Assembly (NCBI RefSeq): GCF_009834535.1
Contig: NC_045696.1
Location: 49,912,001 to 49,976,000, forward strand
Reading direction: 5' to 3'
Origin: Camelus ferus
Taxonomy: Eukaryota
DNA: 64,000 nucleotides
The position numbers were made by a program, and so were the translations under genes. Below, in pieces: positions 62,844-64,000 of the stretch (the stretch's first letter is position 1; the number at the start of each line of letters is the position of its first letter). The notes under the pieces were generated by a model. It saw only the letters and a program-made list of their open reading frames with translations, did not search any database and was not told where the DNA came from.

Positions 62844-64000
62844 CTGAAAGGTGACAGATTACAAGCTAATTTCTGAGTAAATCCCATACAATTTAAAATG
62901 TCTTTCTAGTAAGCTACTATCTCAGGCCCTTTCTAAATATTAATAAATAGAAAATATTAATGCATATTAGATACATATCTTTAAATACCTGGATATGTTG
63001 GTTTTGTGAAAGTCAACATTCTATATGCTTTCACTGACTTTTAAATATCTTGCTCATTTTTCTGACAACTGGGAAAAGTGTTCAAGAGTTAATCAACAAA
63101 AACCCTTTAAAATATCACCCAGAGAGTTTTTCTTTGTGGCAAAAAGAAAGTTTAAAAATCAATGGATTTCAAGAAATCCTCTGACCTCATGGCCATTTTC
63201 GGTATGCTTTGAATTACATTGGTACCCAGATCCACAGCGAGCAGGGCTTTATGCCCAGGGCAGGGGACATGTTTGGGCAGATTTGGGTTGCCTTGAGAAT
63301 CTCTTGCTTGACCAACTAAATTCCCAACCAGCACCCCTAACTGAGGTCTGTTGTTATGGTTTCAAGAATAGAGGTAAGGAATAATTAGGAATAATGTTTC
63401 GCTTCTTCTCACTGAACGTCACATTGGTGCCGGTGGCGTCCACTTAGAAAACTTTCTTGTGACTGTTCTCACCTCAGGAGTCCTCTTATCCCCACCTCAA
63501 ATCTACTTTTTAAGTACTTCTATCAAAGCTGTAAATGTTTATCAATCTATGTATGTGTGTGTATATATATATTTTCACTTAGTTGAGAGATTTTTGAGGG
63601 CAAGTCCCAAGTCTCATTTGTCTTGACCACTTTAGCATCTAGCACTGTTCTGTCATGTATCAGTTGCTTAAAAGAATATGTGCCTTATTTAATTGACTAA
63701 GTCCCTCTTCCAATTTACTTTCTGTAGCTCTATTTCATATGTTCCCTGATTCCTCCTGACAAGTGCCTCTCTTACTCTACCCCAACAGACACAAACACAC
63801 ACACACACAAGCATGCATATATACCGTCTTCCTCCTTCCCAGGGCACAGCTTCTCATTTTGATTGGAAGTGCAACTTAACAGCTTAAATACGAGAAGTCC
63901 TTCACTTTCACATTCTCTTTCAAAGTAGCTGGGGAAATACTACTGGGACTCACTTCAGCATGGAGCTGGCAGAACCTTGTTAGAGTACTGTTCATATGGT

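Overview
Mammalian (laurasiatherian, probably camelid) genomic DNA, not prokaryotic, syntenic with the human TMPRSS7 - C3orf52 - GCSAM - SLC9C1 block. From splice sites and reading frames I reconstructed four genes. TMPRSS7 (+) is present only as its last coding exon. C3orf52/TTMP (+) is complete: 6 exons, 217 aa, CpG-island promoter. GCSAM/HGAL (-) is complete: 6 exons, 177 aa. SLC9C1/sNHE (-) is present as its last four exons. The rest is introns and intergenic DNA with L1, L2, MIR, solo LTRs, DNA-transposon fossils and microsatellites. No new multi-gene system is evident. The best leads are: (i) C3orf52 looks like a protease-less TM+SEA stem of a matriptase-family gene lying in tandem with TMPRSS7; (ii) a MER41-like LTR with a STAT6-type site and an IRF/PRDM1 motif cluster upstream of GCSAM; (iii) alternative polyadenylation that could remove miR-155 sites from GCSAM; (iv) a frame-shifted SLC9C1 C-terminus whose stop is followed in frame by an 85-codon ORF; (v) a 335-codon intronic ORF in frame with C3orf52 exon 3. 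Orthologue comparisons and repeat family names are from memory and need database confirmation.
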